Positions 37,729 to 47,450 of a stretch of 64,000 nucleotides of DNA are shown here, one piece after another. Below the pieces are notes generated by a model. The model was not told where the DNA came from and did no database searches. It was given only the letters and a program-made list of their open reading frames with translations. The DNA comes from Candidatus Iainarchaeum sp. (GTDB taxonomy: Archaea > Iainarchaeota > Iainarchaeia > Iainarchaeales > JAGVWC01), in the NCBI GenBank assembly GCA_018304465.1, contig JAGVWC010000011.1, positions 32,001-96,000 on the forward strand, written 5' to 3'. Each line of letters starts with the position of its first letter. Within the stretch, counting starts at the first letter, position 1. The position numbers were made by a program, and so were the translations under genes.

Positions 37729-38347
37729 AATCATCGATATCTCCATGCCGATCACAAACGAAATGTCCGTGTACAAAAACAAACCAGACAAAAAACCGTT
37801 GATTTCAATCGAACAAACCATCGAACACGGCGCGCAAGAAACCCGCCTGGACATGAATCTTCACACCGGAACCCATTTTGACGGACCTAATCACATGATC
37901 AAAGACGCGTTTTCGGCGGACCAACAACTCGGAACCCAATTCGTGTTTGCCGCGCAAGTACTCGACGTATCGGACGCGCTGGAGGCAATCGACGCCACGG
38001 TTCTTGAAACCAAAACCATTAGCCCCGGCAAATTCATTCTCTTAAAAACCACAAACTCTTCCGACGAAACATTCGACCCCCGATTTGTTTATTTGGAAAA
38101 AACCGGTGCCCAAAAACTGGTCCAAGCCCATGTTGCCGGTGTCGGAATCGACGCGCTGGGAATCGAACGAGACCAACCCGAACACGAAACCCACCGGATG
38201 TTGATGCAAAACAACGTGCGGATCCTTGAAGGATTGCGATTGGCCCACGTTCCCGAAGGAAATTACACCTTGGTGGTGGCACCGCTTTCAATTCCGGGTT
38301 CGGACGCAACACCGGTACGCGCTTTTTTGATTTCCGAGGGGGACTAA
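37718..38347 (+). CDS. Cyclase/kynurenine formamidase-family metal hydrolase
   Basis: HTGTHFDGPNH, GVGIDALGIE, ILEGL, DATPVRA. GTG start overlaps the zwf 3' end. Confidence 0.9.
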   Translation: MPIKIIDISMPITNEMSVYKNKPDKKPLISIEQTIEHGAQETRLDMNLHTGTHFDGPNHMIKDAFSADQQLGTQFVFAAQVLDVSDALEAIDATVLETKTISPGKFILLKTTNSSDETFDPRFVYLEKTGAQKLVQAHVAGVGIDALGIERDQPEHETHRMLMQNNVRILEGLRLAHVPEGNYTLVVAPLSIPGSDATPVRAFLISEGD

Positions 38348-38350
38348 ATC

Positions 38351-39247
38351 ATGCGGATTGGCTTTATCGGACTCGGACGCATGGGCAAAAACATGGTCCT
38401 GCGGCTTCTAAGCAAAAAACATTCCGTCGTGGCATGGAACCGATCCATCGAACCGCTCCAAGAAGTGGAATCCCACGGCGCCATTGGTGCCACCGACTTT
38501 AAAAATCTTGTATCCCAATTGCCGTCTCCGCGCATCATTTGGACCATGCTTCCGGCCGGCGATGTCACGGAAAAAACTTTGGCGGAACTATTGGAGTTGC
38601 TTTCGAAGGGGGATATTGTGATTGATGGCGCCAATTCAAATTATGTAGACACTGTGCGTCGTGGCGAACAGTTCAGGGAACGCGGAATCCATTTTTTCGA
38701 CGCGGGAGTTTCCGGCGGAATCGTAGGCGCTCAAATCGGATACTGCATCATGATCGGAGGCCCCCAAGCGGCATTTAAAACCATCGAACCCCTTTTTTCC
38801 GATTTAACCCAACCCGAAGGCTACCGGTACCTCGGACCCAGCGGCGCCGGACACTTTGTCAAAATGGTCCACAACGGAATCGAATACGCCATGATGCAAG
38901 GCATGGCCGAAGGCTTTAACCTCCTCAAAAACGGGCCGTATCCCCACCTCGATTTGAACGCAACCGCCACACTCTGGCAACACGGAAGCATTATCCAGTC
39001 CTTTTTGCTCGAACAAACCCAAAAAGGCCTTGAAAAAGACCCTGGATTATCCTCTTTTTCGGGTCACGTGGAAGATTCCGGCGAAGGCCAATGGACGATT
39101 GAAACCGCCTTGAAATACAAAATCCCGGTTGAAACGATTGCCGCCGCGCTTTTTTCGCGTTATCATTCGCGAAAACGCGGCGAATTCGGACACAAAACAT
39201 TGTCTTTGCAACGATCGCAATTCGGCGGCCACCCGGAAAAAAAATAA
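38351..39247 (+). CDS. gnd: 6-phosphogluconate dehydrogenase (short form)
   Basis: GLGRMG, DAGVSGG, GHFVKMVHNGIEY, DSGEGQWT, QFGGH. Confidence 0.94.
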   Translation: MRIGFIGLGRMGKNMVLRLLSKKHSVVAWNRSIEPLQEVESHGAIGATDFKNLVSQLPSPRIIWTMLPAGDVTEKTLAELLELLSKGDIVIDGANSNYVDTVRRGEQFRERGIHFFDAGVSGGIVGAQIGYCIMIGGPQAAFKTIEPLFSDLTQPEGYRYLGPSGAGHFVKMVHNGIEYAMMQGMAEGFNLLKNGPYPHLDLNATATLWQHGSIIQSFLLEQTQKGLEKDPGLSSFSGHVEDSGEGQWTIETALKYKIPVETIAAALFSRYHSRKRGEFGHKTLSLQRSQFGGHPEKK

Positions 39248-39334
39248 TTCATTTCAAAACAAACGGGTTCTATTCCTTCAAATCTAAAGCCTTTTTTCCG
39301 CAGAGATTAATAACCCATCGGACTTTTCTTCGAT

Positions 39335-39904
39335 ATGAACTTTTTCCGGCTCCTCCACGACAACGACATCATTCGACGCTACATCGTCATGAATTCGTTC
39401 GACGGAACCCTCACCAGTCTTGGAATCCTCATCGCGATGAAACTCTCCAACATCACCGACGTCAAATTGATCGTGATTTCAGCCATCGGAGTGATCTTTG
39501 CAACCGGCATCAGCGGCGTTTGGGGTGCGTACCTCGTTGAAAAAGCCGAACGAAAACACGAACTCGCGGAATTACACCGGCTTTCCCCCAAAGAAGACCT
39601 CGAAGAACGCCGACGTGAATTCAAACAACTGACAATCCTGATGGGAATCGCGAATGGCGCAAGCTCGGCGTTGATCGGACTGGTCATCATCAGTCCGTTT
39701 TTTATGGCGAGCATCGGAACACTCTCGGTTTCGAACGCGTTCAATTATTCTTTTTTCCTGGTTTTTTTGGCGCTTATCCTCATTGGAAGTTTTACCGCGC
39801 GCATCGCGCGAGAACCGGTTGTAAAACACGCCATCATGACGATTTTGGCCGGATTATTCGTCGGCGCCGTCATCTATTTGTTCGAATTATTGAAATTTAT
39901 CTGA
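39335..39904 (+). CDS. VIT1/CCC1-like membrane protein (archaeal TIGR00267 type)
   Basis: RRYIVMNSFDGTLTSLG, GISGVWGAYLVEKAE, multiple TM helices. Confidence 0.8.
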   Translation: MNFFRLLHDNDIIRRYIVMNSFDGTLTSLGILIAMKLSNITDVKLIVISAIGVIFATGISGVWGAYLVEKAERKHELAELHRLSPKEDLEERRREFKQLTILMGIANGASSALIGLVIISPFFMASIGTLSVSNAFNYSFFLVFLALILIGSFTARIAREPVVKHAIMTILAGLFVGAVIYLFELLKFI

Positions 39905-39973
39905 ACCGAATCCCGGTTGCACATTTGCACCAGCAGACAAACGAATTAATCCTTTTCGCAAATAGAATTATGC

Positions 39974-40519
39974 ATGAACGACCGGGCCAGAAGTTTTTTT
40001 GCGGTCAATTTTTCTTTGGACGTGCAAGACGAAATCACCCGGACATTGGTTTCGAAAATTCCTTCCGATGGATTCGGACGAACCCGCGTAGAAAACCTTC
40101 ACCTGACTCTTTTTTTCCTCGGAAACATTTCCAAAGAACAAGTCGAACAATTAAAAGAAAAAACCCTTTCGTTGACCCAAACCAACCCGTTCGAAATCGA
40201 ATTAAACGGAATCGGCCACTTCAAAAACAACATCATCTGGCTTGGAACCGGCAAAGGAACACCCGAAATCCAAGCGCTTGCAACAAACCTGGGAGACGCC
40301 ATCGGAATCAAACCCGCGGATTTTCACGCGCACATTACGCTTGCGCGAACCAAAAGCGCGTCCCCTCGAAGTGTTCGAGAAACCGTTGAAAAACTTCGAT
40401 CCGAAAAATACTCCAAAAAAATCTTCGTACGAGGATTCGATTTGATGCAATCCACCTTGACCCACCAAGGACCCCGCTACAAGGTCCTTTTTTCGATTTG
40501 TTTTGAAGAACCCCGCTGA
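39974..40519 (+). CDS. thpR: RNA 2',3'-cyclic phosphodiesterase (2H family)
   Basis: RSFFA, NLHLTLFFLG, HAHITLAR, STLTHQGPRY. Confidence 0.9.
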   Translation: MNDRARSFFAVNFSLDVQDEITRTLVSKIPSDGFGRTRVENLHLTLFFLGNISKEQVEQLKEKTLSLTQTNPFEIELNGIGHFKNNIIWLGTGKGTPEIQALATNLGDAIGIKPADFHAHITLARTKSASPRSVRETVEKLRSEKYSKKIFVRGFDLMQSTLTHQGPRYKVLFSICFEEPR

Positions 40520-41151
40520 CCCGTTAATTCAAGCGAAAGCGAATCATCAAACCGGCCGAAAAAATACCGGTACGTTGGAGACAACACTTTTTTCCATTTA
40601 AACCCCTTTTTTTTCATGACATCAAACAAACGAATATCCAAAAAATCTCCGACAAAACCACCCGCGTCCAAAAAACGTCGGCGTTTTCCGAACAAGATGC
40701 CAAGAACGCATTCGATTTTGGAAACCGGAATCGTTTTTTTCGGATGAAAATAATCCGCCACCCGCAACACCTGTTTTTTTTCCGGTGAAACCACGATGAA
40801 CGAACCCAGCACAAAATCAAGCGACGGATCCGCGTTCAAAACCCCTACAAGAGTTGACACGTGATCGGGAAGCAATTCATCATCCGAATCCACAAACCCC
40901 ACGTATTCCGAACGACAATGTTCAAGCCCCCAATTGAGGGTTTCGGCTTGACCGTGATGGCCCAATTTGAAGTATTTCACGCGCGCATCCACAAGAAAAG
41001 GACGGACCCTGTGTTCGGTTTCATCCGTGCTGCCATCGTCCAAAATCCAATACTCAAAATCCCGGTTCGATTGCTTTAGAACCGACGAAATCGTCTGGGA
41101 AATCGAGTGACTCCGATTATACGTCGCGGTAAAAATCGTGGTTTGAACCAT
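40477..41151 (-). CDS. GT2 glycosyltransferase
   Basis: TYNR, DDGSTD, FVDSDD. Confidence 0.88.
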   Translation of the reverse strand: MVQTTIFTATYNRSHSISQTISSVLKQSNRDFEYWILDDGSTDETEHRVRPFLVDARVKYFKLGHHGQAETLNWGLEHCRSEYVGFVDSDDELLPDHVSTLVGVLNADPSLDFVLGSFIVVSPEKKQVLRVADYFHPKKTIPVSKIECVLGILFGKRRRFLDAGGFVGDFLDIRLFDVMKKKGFKWKKVLSPTYRYFFGRFDDSLSLELTGQRGSSKQIEKRTL

Positions 41152-41181
41152 AGTATCTGGTGGTTGCGAAAAGAATAAACG

Positions 41182-42159
41182 TCAATTGGGAAGTGTCAAA
41201 ACCCGGTTTGTGCGAAGAATCTGGTATTTGGTGGCTTTCACTGAAAAATTGAAATCCATGCTTCGAAACGATTGAATAGACCGGTTAAAATCAAGCCCGA
41301 TGTTCATGTCCACGGAACGATTGGCATCCGACCACGCGCGAAACCTTGGACCGAACGCCAAGGTGACTCCTTTGGAATGACAATTTGGCCCGCTGCAAGT
41401 CAAAAAAACATTGAAATCCGCAGTCGTGGCATAATGACCTGACACCAGCGTCTGACTCAATGTGCATTTTTGACACGAGTCCACCAGAAAATTCACCGAA
41501 AAAAACGGCAGCGGATTCGCGGGGTTAAAACTGTCCGTCGGGCACGAAGAACCGTTGCAGCGCAAAAAATTAAAATCCGCGGAAGGGTCTTTCACCAAAA
41601 TATTGATGTCCGTTCGCCGGATCGAATTGGGGTCAAACATTGACGAACACGCCTGGGAACCGCCCCCGTCCACGGTCGACTGTGCAAGGGAAAGCTGGTA
41701 GCGCGCGCACACGGGCTCGAGCAAAAACGACGGCGAATCCAGAATCGATCCCCAATTCAAATCCGTCGCCGCGTTCATGTCGATCAAAATTTCCGTGCGA
41801 TTCAAATCGTCGTGCAATCCAAGATAAAAAACACGGTACCCCTGAACCGAATCAAAGTACCCTGAAAACACCTGTTGATTTAACGGCAGTTCCTGCGACA
41901 AAATAATCCGGTGGGGATTGATCAAAATATACGAAAACGGAAGCCCTTGTTCCACGATTTTTTTTCTCCCTCCGTTCAAATCCAACTGAACCAGCGAACG
42001 TTCGATATCGCGATACACTTTTCCAAGCTCCCGAAGCCTTGTTAATTCAGGCTGCGGTTCCAAATCCCGCGTAGACGACCGGATTTCCGAATTCAAGGTC
42101 AAGATCGCCAAAACGAACAGCAACGCGATCAACGTAAACAAGATTCCCCGCTGGTTCAC
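41182..42159 (-). CDS. Type IV pilin-like accessory protein
   Basis: GTG start coupled to the upstream stop (GTGA). Class III-like signal MNQRG/ILFTLIALLF. Confidence 0.7.
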   Translation of the reverse strand: MNQRGILFTLIALLFVLAILTLNSEIRSSTRDLEPQPELTRLRELGKVYRDIERSLVQLDLNGGRKKIVEQGLPFSYILINPHRIILSQELPLNQQVFSGYFDSVQGYRVFYLGLHDDLNRTEILIDMNAATDLNWGSILDSPSFLLEPVCARYQLSLAQSTVDGGGSQACSSMFDPNSIRRTDINILVKDPSADFNFLRCNGSSCPTDSFNPANPLPFFSVNFLVDSCQKCTLSQTLVSGHYATTADFNVFLTCSGPNCHSKGVTLAFGPRFRAWSDANRSVDMNIGLDFNRSIQSFRSMDFNFSVKATKYQILRTNRVLTLPN

Positions 42160-45100
42160 GAAACCACCCTTTTTTTCCAAACCCACAAATCCATATCGTA
42201 AAAAACGTTCAATTGAGATTGACAATCGATCCGAATCGCATTGTTGTTGGGGCACTCCCGAACGGCTCTATCGCCGTTAATGACCGCAAACAACGTTCCT
42301 CCAATCCCGGAATCACGATCGAGGAGCAATTCGAAAAAATCCGTGCAAAGCGGTTGTTTTTCCCCGCACGAAAACGCGCTCACTGAAAAAGTTTTGACCA
42401 CCGAACCCGAAATCGTTTCCCTTCGGATCTGAATCGTGCTTTCGGGAGAACCCAAATATCCCGCGTTAATCGCGTTCAAGTCAAGCAACGCGCCGCCGCT
42501 TGTACTGGGACGCGCGCCGATGACCGCCAAGGTCAAATCCCGGTACCGCAACGTGATCGAAACGTTGGCGTCCCACGGAAAACCCGTCTGCAGGTTTTCG
42601 TCTTTATCCAAAAAATCCAGAAAGGTTCCCGGTTGGGGCACGACCCTGTTTTCATCCGAACACGAATACGACGAATTGCAGTCAAACGAAAACGTATACG
42701 AGCCATACCAAACTTTGCGAGTATTATTCAAATCCCCGATGTGATAATAAATGTAATTCTGATCCGATCCTTCGATGAAAACCCCCGTGTTCAGGTCCTT
42801 GACCGTTGTTCCATATGGAATCGGCACCGTGAGGTTGACGTCCGAAACCCGGTTCGTCGTGTACGCCGACGCGATATCCCCGATTTCCTGGGCGATGATT
42901 TCATACAATGCGATCAACGCGTTCTGATCCCACGCCACATACGATTTTCCCCCCGTAATATCGGCCACGTTGGTCAGTTCGGCTTGATCCGCATCCAATC
43001 CGAACGCGACCGTAAAAATCATGACATTATTGTCGCGTGCTACCAAGGCGGCGGCGCCGCTGTCACCCGAATTGGACTGCCCGTCCGACATCAACACAAC
43101 GAACTTTAACGCAAGCGGGTTCTGCGAACTTGGCACGTACCGGATTTCCACCATCATGTCTCCCGATTGGCTTGAAGACTGCTGAAACGCGTTTCCATTA
43201 ATATAATTGTTCGCCGAATTGCGTCCCCACGCATAATAATTTCCAGTGGACTGTCCGGTCGTGGAAAGCACGATATAATACGTGACTCCGGAAGAAAGCG
43301 AAACCGGCGACGGAAACGACACCGAATGCCAGTTGTAACCGGAAGAACTGATTTCGCTTGCCGGAATCGTGGCGGTCGCCCAATCCGATCCACTGATCGA
43401 ATTTCGAAGCCGAACCGTCACCGGCCCCGAAGGATCACCGGTTTTTTGAAGAAAAACATTGACTCCCGAAATCTGGTCGCCTTGCAGTTGTCGAAACGAC
43501 TGGCCCGCGGTGGATTCGGAAGAACTGTATCCGAATCGCAATTGCGAATTCCGAATATTTGTGGTCAAAAAACCGTCTTTTAACACAACTGTGCCCAAAT
43601 CCACTCCGGATTGGATATCCGTTCCGCCGTTCGCCGTCAAAGCATACAATGCCGAATTCACGTCGTCAAAAACAGCCGTCAATTCCTGGTTTTGCGTGGC
43701 CACAGTGTTAAACGAACTCAACCCGATCTGATCCTGGGGCTTCCACAAGAAGTCAAAATTCAAAAAAGCGCTTCCCGCCGCTTTCGCCTGATTGATGCGT
43801 GGCCCCAGCGACAAATCAATCGTAACCAAACCCTGGTTATCCGCGGAAATAAACGCGATATTGTTCCGTACAACGATTCCCCGGTAAACCGAAATCGATG
43901 GAAAACTCGTGAAAAAAGACGGGGCCGACGGAACCGATACATCCACGACCTGCAAAGACGAATCATCCGCGATATACGCACGATCGTTTTCAACCCAAAC
44001 ATCCCACGCGCTTCCAGGAGAATTGAACGTGCTTTCGACAAACGGCGCCGTCGGCGTGGACACGTTAATGATCCGCAATCCGGCCCCCCGATCCGCAACA
44101 AACGCGTAATCGCCCCGAACAAACACGCCTGTTGCGTCCGTCGTGTCCTCGATTCCCAATTGGAAAACGTCTAACGGGTTCGAAACATCCAGGATCCGCA
44201 GTCCGGAAGTATCGTCGGCAACGAATAATCGCGACCCATCCACAAAAACCTTGTTCGCATTGGTGGTCGGAAACGTTTCCACGAGTTGCGGATCGCTTTT
44301 ATCGGACACATCCACAACTTGGATTCCCTCCAAAATAAACGAACGCAAAAGCAAATCGCTGGTCAGCGCCGTCGACTGCTGGAACGCGTTTCCGCCGGCA
44401 TACGGATTGCTGGTTCTAACGCCGACTTGATAATAATTGCTCGTGGACTGCGTGGTTGTCGTCGCGACCACGAAAACCGTGTCATCCGGAGTCACTTGGA
44501 CCGGTTCCGAAAACGAAACGGTTTCCCAATTCAGCGAACTCGTGGAAATCGACCCGGATGAAATCTCGGCGGACGCAAGATCCGCTCCGGTAAGGCTTGA
44601 TCTCAAATGAATCGTCACGTTGCTCGGATTTCCGAATCTTCTCAAGTACAATTCCACTCCCGAAATCACGCCATGATTCGAAACAAACGATTGTCCCACC
44701 CACGATTCACCGGCCGAGTAGCCTAACCGAAGCGTGGAATTACTGGACGTGGTCGTGGTCACGTCGTAAATGGCGCCCGAAGCCGAAGCGGCTACAAACG
44801 CGTAGTTACCACTGACGGCAATTCCGTTAGCGGTTCCCAGGTTCGTGATCGTTGAAACCGAAAAAATGTTGCTCGGGTTCGACGCGTTCGCAATCCGGAA
44901 GCCGGACGCGCCGTCCGCTAAAAACACATAATTGCCTTGCTTGTTGATATCCATGGCCGTTCCAGGCGTATTCAAAGTCATGATCAAGGAAGGCAAACGC
45001 GGATTTTGGATATTCGCATCGCGAATTCCCGCGGATCCGTCCGCCAAATACAAATAATTGCCATCCAATGCCACGGCATAGGTATCCGTGGAAGCGGCGT

Positions 45101-45899
45101 GGCCATCCCAGCTCATGGAACCGCTGCGATCCATGACCAATGCGATATCCACCGGTTTTCGGCCGGTCGTTAACACCATGACATTCAGATCGACTTTGAT
45201 ATCCTGATCGCAATCCACGCTTCCGCTGGGGGCAGTGGACACGCCCAAGGTGATATTGGCGTCGCTTGCTCCCGCCAAATGCATTGCGAATGTTTTCGAC
45301 GAAAAACCGGGTGACTTTAATTCCGGTTCGCGGGCCATTCGGGCCAGAAAAACCAATCGGTCCCATCCAAAGACTTCGGGGTAAGCGGGTGAAAAAGGCG
45401 CAAGCGAAATCTGGCCCGGATCCACCTGACAGGCCAACACGTTTCCTTTGCGGAAAAAACTCAGTTTTTCGCGTGTCAAGGAACTGCCGATGGGAATCGG
45501 TTGTCCTTTGGATGGAAGAACGGTCCTGAATTGAAAACAATTGTCAAACGTCTGGTTTTGGATGCATTGGGCGCCGTTCAAATCATACCGCGTCATATCA
45601 ATGTGAAATTCGGTGTTCGGAGGAAGAACCGAACGGACTTTTTCCGAAATCGCGTCCATTTTTTCGCTGTCGTTCAAATCGTTTCGATCAAACGTGAAAA
45701 TGATGTATCCGCTTTCATCCAAACTGATCAGGGTGTCGCGCGACAATTGTTTGAGATTGGATATTTCCGACAACGGCTTGGATTCAAACGGTCCGACCCA
45801 TGCGACCGCGAGAAAACTGGTCACCAAAAAAACGGCAAACAACAAATCCGTCGACAAGGCGAAGCCTTTATCGGAAAACCGTGAGCCTGAAAATGGCAT
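42156..45899 (-). CDS. Large pilin-like adhesin: vWA domain interrupted by LVIVD repeats and two beta-sandwich inserts
   Basis: KG/FALSTDLLFA signal, MIDAS DRSGS, many YxYLADGxxGxRxxNxxNP repeats, later GGTDI and VVLMSDG. Confidence 0.82.
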   Translation of the reverse strand: MPFSGSRFSDKGFALSTDLLFAVFLVTSFLAVAWVGPFESKPLSEISNLKQLSRDTLISLDESGYIIFTFDRNDLNDSEKMDAISEKVRSVLPPNTEFHIDMTRYDLNGAQCIQNQTFDNCFQFRTVLPSKGQPIPIGSSLTREKLSFFRKGNVLACQVDPGQISLAPFSPAYPEVFGWDRLVFLARMAREPELKSPGFSSKTFAMHLAGASDANITLGVSTAPSGSVDCDQDIKVDLNVMVLTTGRKPVDIALVMDRSGSMSWDGHAASTDTYAVALDGNYLYLADGSAGIRDANIQNPRLPSLIMTLNTPGTAMDINKQGNYVFLADGASGFRIANASNPSNIFSVSTITNLGTANGIAVSGNYAFVAASASGAIYDVTTTTSSNSTLRLGYSAGESWVGQSFVSNHGVISGVELYLRRFGNPSNVTIHLRSSLTGADLASAEISSGSISTSSLNWETVSFSEPVQVTPDDTVFVVATTTTQSTSNYYQVGVRTSNPYAGGNAFQQSTALTSDLLLRSFILEGIQVVDVSDKSDPQLVETFPTTNANKVFVDGSRLFVADDTSGLRILDVSNPLDVFQLGIEDTTDATGVFVRGDYAFVADRGAGLRIINVSTPTAPFVESTFNSPGSAWDVWVENDRAYIADDSSLQVVDVSVPSAPSFFTSFPSISVYRGIVVRNNIAFISADNQGLVTIDLSLGPRINQAKAAGSAFLNFDFLWKPQDQIGLSSFNTVATQNQELTAVFDDVNSALYALTANGGTDIQSGVDLGTVVLKDGFLTTNIRNSQLRFGYSSSESTAGQSFRQLQGDQISGVNVFLQKTGDPSGPVTVRLRNSISGSDWATATIPASEISSSGYNWHSVSFPSPVSLSSGVTYYIVLSTTGQSTGNYYAWGRNSANNYINGNAFQQSSSQSGDMMVEIRYVPSSQNPLALKFVVLMSDGQSNSGDSGAAALVARDNNVMIFTVAFGLDADQAELTNVADITGGKSYVAWDQNALIALYEIIAQEIGDIASAYTTNRVSDVNLTVPIPYGTTVKDLNTGVFIEGSDQNYIYYHIGDLNNTRKVWYGSYTFSFDCNSSYSCSDENRVVPQPGTFLDFLDKDENLQTGFPWDANVSITLRYRDLTLAVIGARPSTSGGALLDLNAINAGYLGSPESTIQIRRETISGSVVKTFSVSAFSCGEKQPLCTDFFELLLDRDSGIGGTLFAVINGDRAVRECPNNNAIRIDCQSQLNVFYDMDLWVWKKRVVS

Positions 45900-46359
45900 T
45901 CTGTCCCTCCAGTGAAACGTTTCGCCAAACCACCGCGGTATTCGACGCGGGGTTGGGGATGCGACCGATGTTTCGATCCAACGAATCCTTGTTCGAATCG
46001 ATTTCGATGAAAAAATCGTATTCGAAAAACTTCATTTTGTGTTTTGTCAGGTTATAATCGTCAAGCACCATCTGCGAAAACATCTGTAACCGGTTCGAAT
46101 CCAACACGTTTTTTTGAACCGACAGCCCCACGATCTGAACCGACTGGGGATTCCAATCCATCGGATAGCCCGGCGACTCCACCAATGCCGTGGATTCCTG
46201 TTGCGCGCGGTTATACATGGTCTGGAATTCGTATTCTCCTTTCCAACGACTCACGTTTTCCGGCCAGATGTTCTCCAAAAAAAGAAAAATAATCAGAAAA
46301 ACGAACAAAACCCCCACGAGCTCGAGCATCAATGCCTGTCCTTGTTCATTGATTCTCAA
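45868..46359 (-). CDS. Archaeal type IV pilin-like protein
   Basis: QG/QALMLEL class III signal, ESPGYPMDW motif. Confidence 0.75.
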   Translation of the reverse strand: MRINEQGQALMLELVGVLFVFLIIFLFLENIWPENVSRWKGEYEFQTMYNRAQQESTALVESPGYPMDWNPQSVQIVGLSVQKNVLDSNRLQMFSQMVLDDYNLTKHKMKFFEYDFFIEIDSNKDSLDRNIGRIPNPASNTAVVWRNVSLEGQNAIFRLTVFR

Positions 46360-46702
46360 CTTCGACCACCCCGGTTCTGTTGGAAAGAACGATCATTCCT
46401 TTTGAAAGCGACGCGGGTTGTGCGATTCCCGAAAAAAAACAATACGCTTCGTTCACCGAAATCGACGATTCATTCAAAACAAAATCCGCGCGTGCCTCCA
46501 CCACGATTTGGGTGCCGGGTCCCTGAATGAAAACTTCCTGAACCAATTCGGATAACCGCGAGCAATTACCCATGTCAAACGAAGAATCCGAAATAAACAG
46601 CGTGTACTCCTGAATATTCAGGATGGACGACACCGCAATTACGAGAAAAACAAGAATCAACAACACCGAAATGAGACCCTCAAAAGAAATCTGGCCCCTC
46701 AT
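46346..46702 (-). CDS. Archaeal type IV pilin-like protein
   Basis: RG/QISFE class III signal with hydrophobic helix. Confidence 0.8.
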   Translation of the reverse strand: MRGQISFEGLISVLLILVFLVIAVSSILNIQEYTLFISDSSFDMGNCSRLSELVQEVFIQGPGTQIVVEARADFVLNESSISVNEAYCFFSGIAQPASLSKGMIVLSNRTGVVEVENQ

Positions 46703-47130
46703 CCGCTCACCACACTGATGTTGACGTCGGAACCCAAAGACACCAGTTTAATTTTATACGCGCCGCCTTTGACGGGAAGAGATCCTTTGACATTGGCGTC
46801 CAAATACACGAAGTAATTCCGCACTCCAAAAGGAGACGACAAATCAAAACCGACTTCTCTTCCGGACAAACCGCCGACATTGCTGTCTGAAACGCTTGCC
46901 GGAAGCGCGATTTCAACGATCAAGACGTTTCCGGGCCCCAAAGCATAGGAATGATTGATCCCCGTTTGAATGTTACGCAGACTATCCATGGCCATGCTTG
47001 ACGAAACCGACTCCGAAAATGTCAAAAAAGCCGATCCGCCCACGACTGCGATAAACAAAAGCATCACTACGGTCAAAACGAGCAATTCGAGCGAACTTTG
47101 ACCCCGGGAAGAAACACGCCAAACAGTCAT
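46699..47130 (-). CDS. Archaeal type IV pilin-like protein
   Basis: RG/QSSLE class III signal, YALGPG motif. Confidence 0.8.
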   Translation of the reverse strand: MTVWRVSSRGQSSLELLVLTVVMLLFIAVVGGSAFLTFSESVSSSMAMDSLRNIQTGINHSYALGPGNVLIVEIALPASVSDSNVGGLSGREVGFDLSSPFGVRNYFVYLDANVKGSLPVKGGAYKIKLVSLGSDVNISVVSG

Positions 47131-47450
47131 ACTTTCCGGTTTTATTAGGACTTAATATATTAATAATGGTTTTTGTAAAAGCAGGGTTCAAAAAAATAGG
47201 AATTCTCCAACGGAACCGTAAGCAAAACGTTTTTCACAATCGAATACACGGTGTTTCGCGGTAAAACCAGGTCTTCGGACAAAAAACCACGGTCCACGAC
47301 GATTGACCGATATTATTGGTGGAACCCGCGTGCAAACCTCGTTTACCTTGCCGATTTCGCTTCCGTCCGGTCAAAAGCCTTCAATTCCTCGTATTCCGTG
47401 ACCGGCGAAATCTTTAGGATCACCCCTAACTGGGTTTCTTCAAGAACCGA

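Noticed and set aside
47251-47450. Short ORF-like sequence downstream of the GT4 gene
   Set aside because: No recognisable motif or convincing start, so it cannot be supported as a gene.
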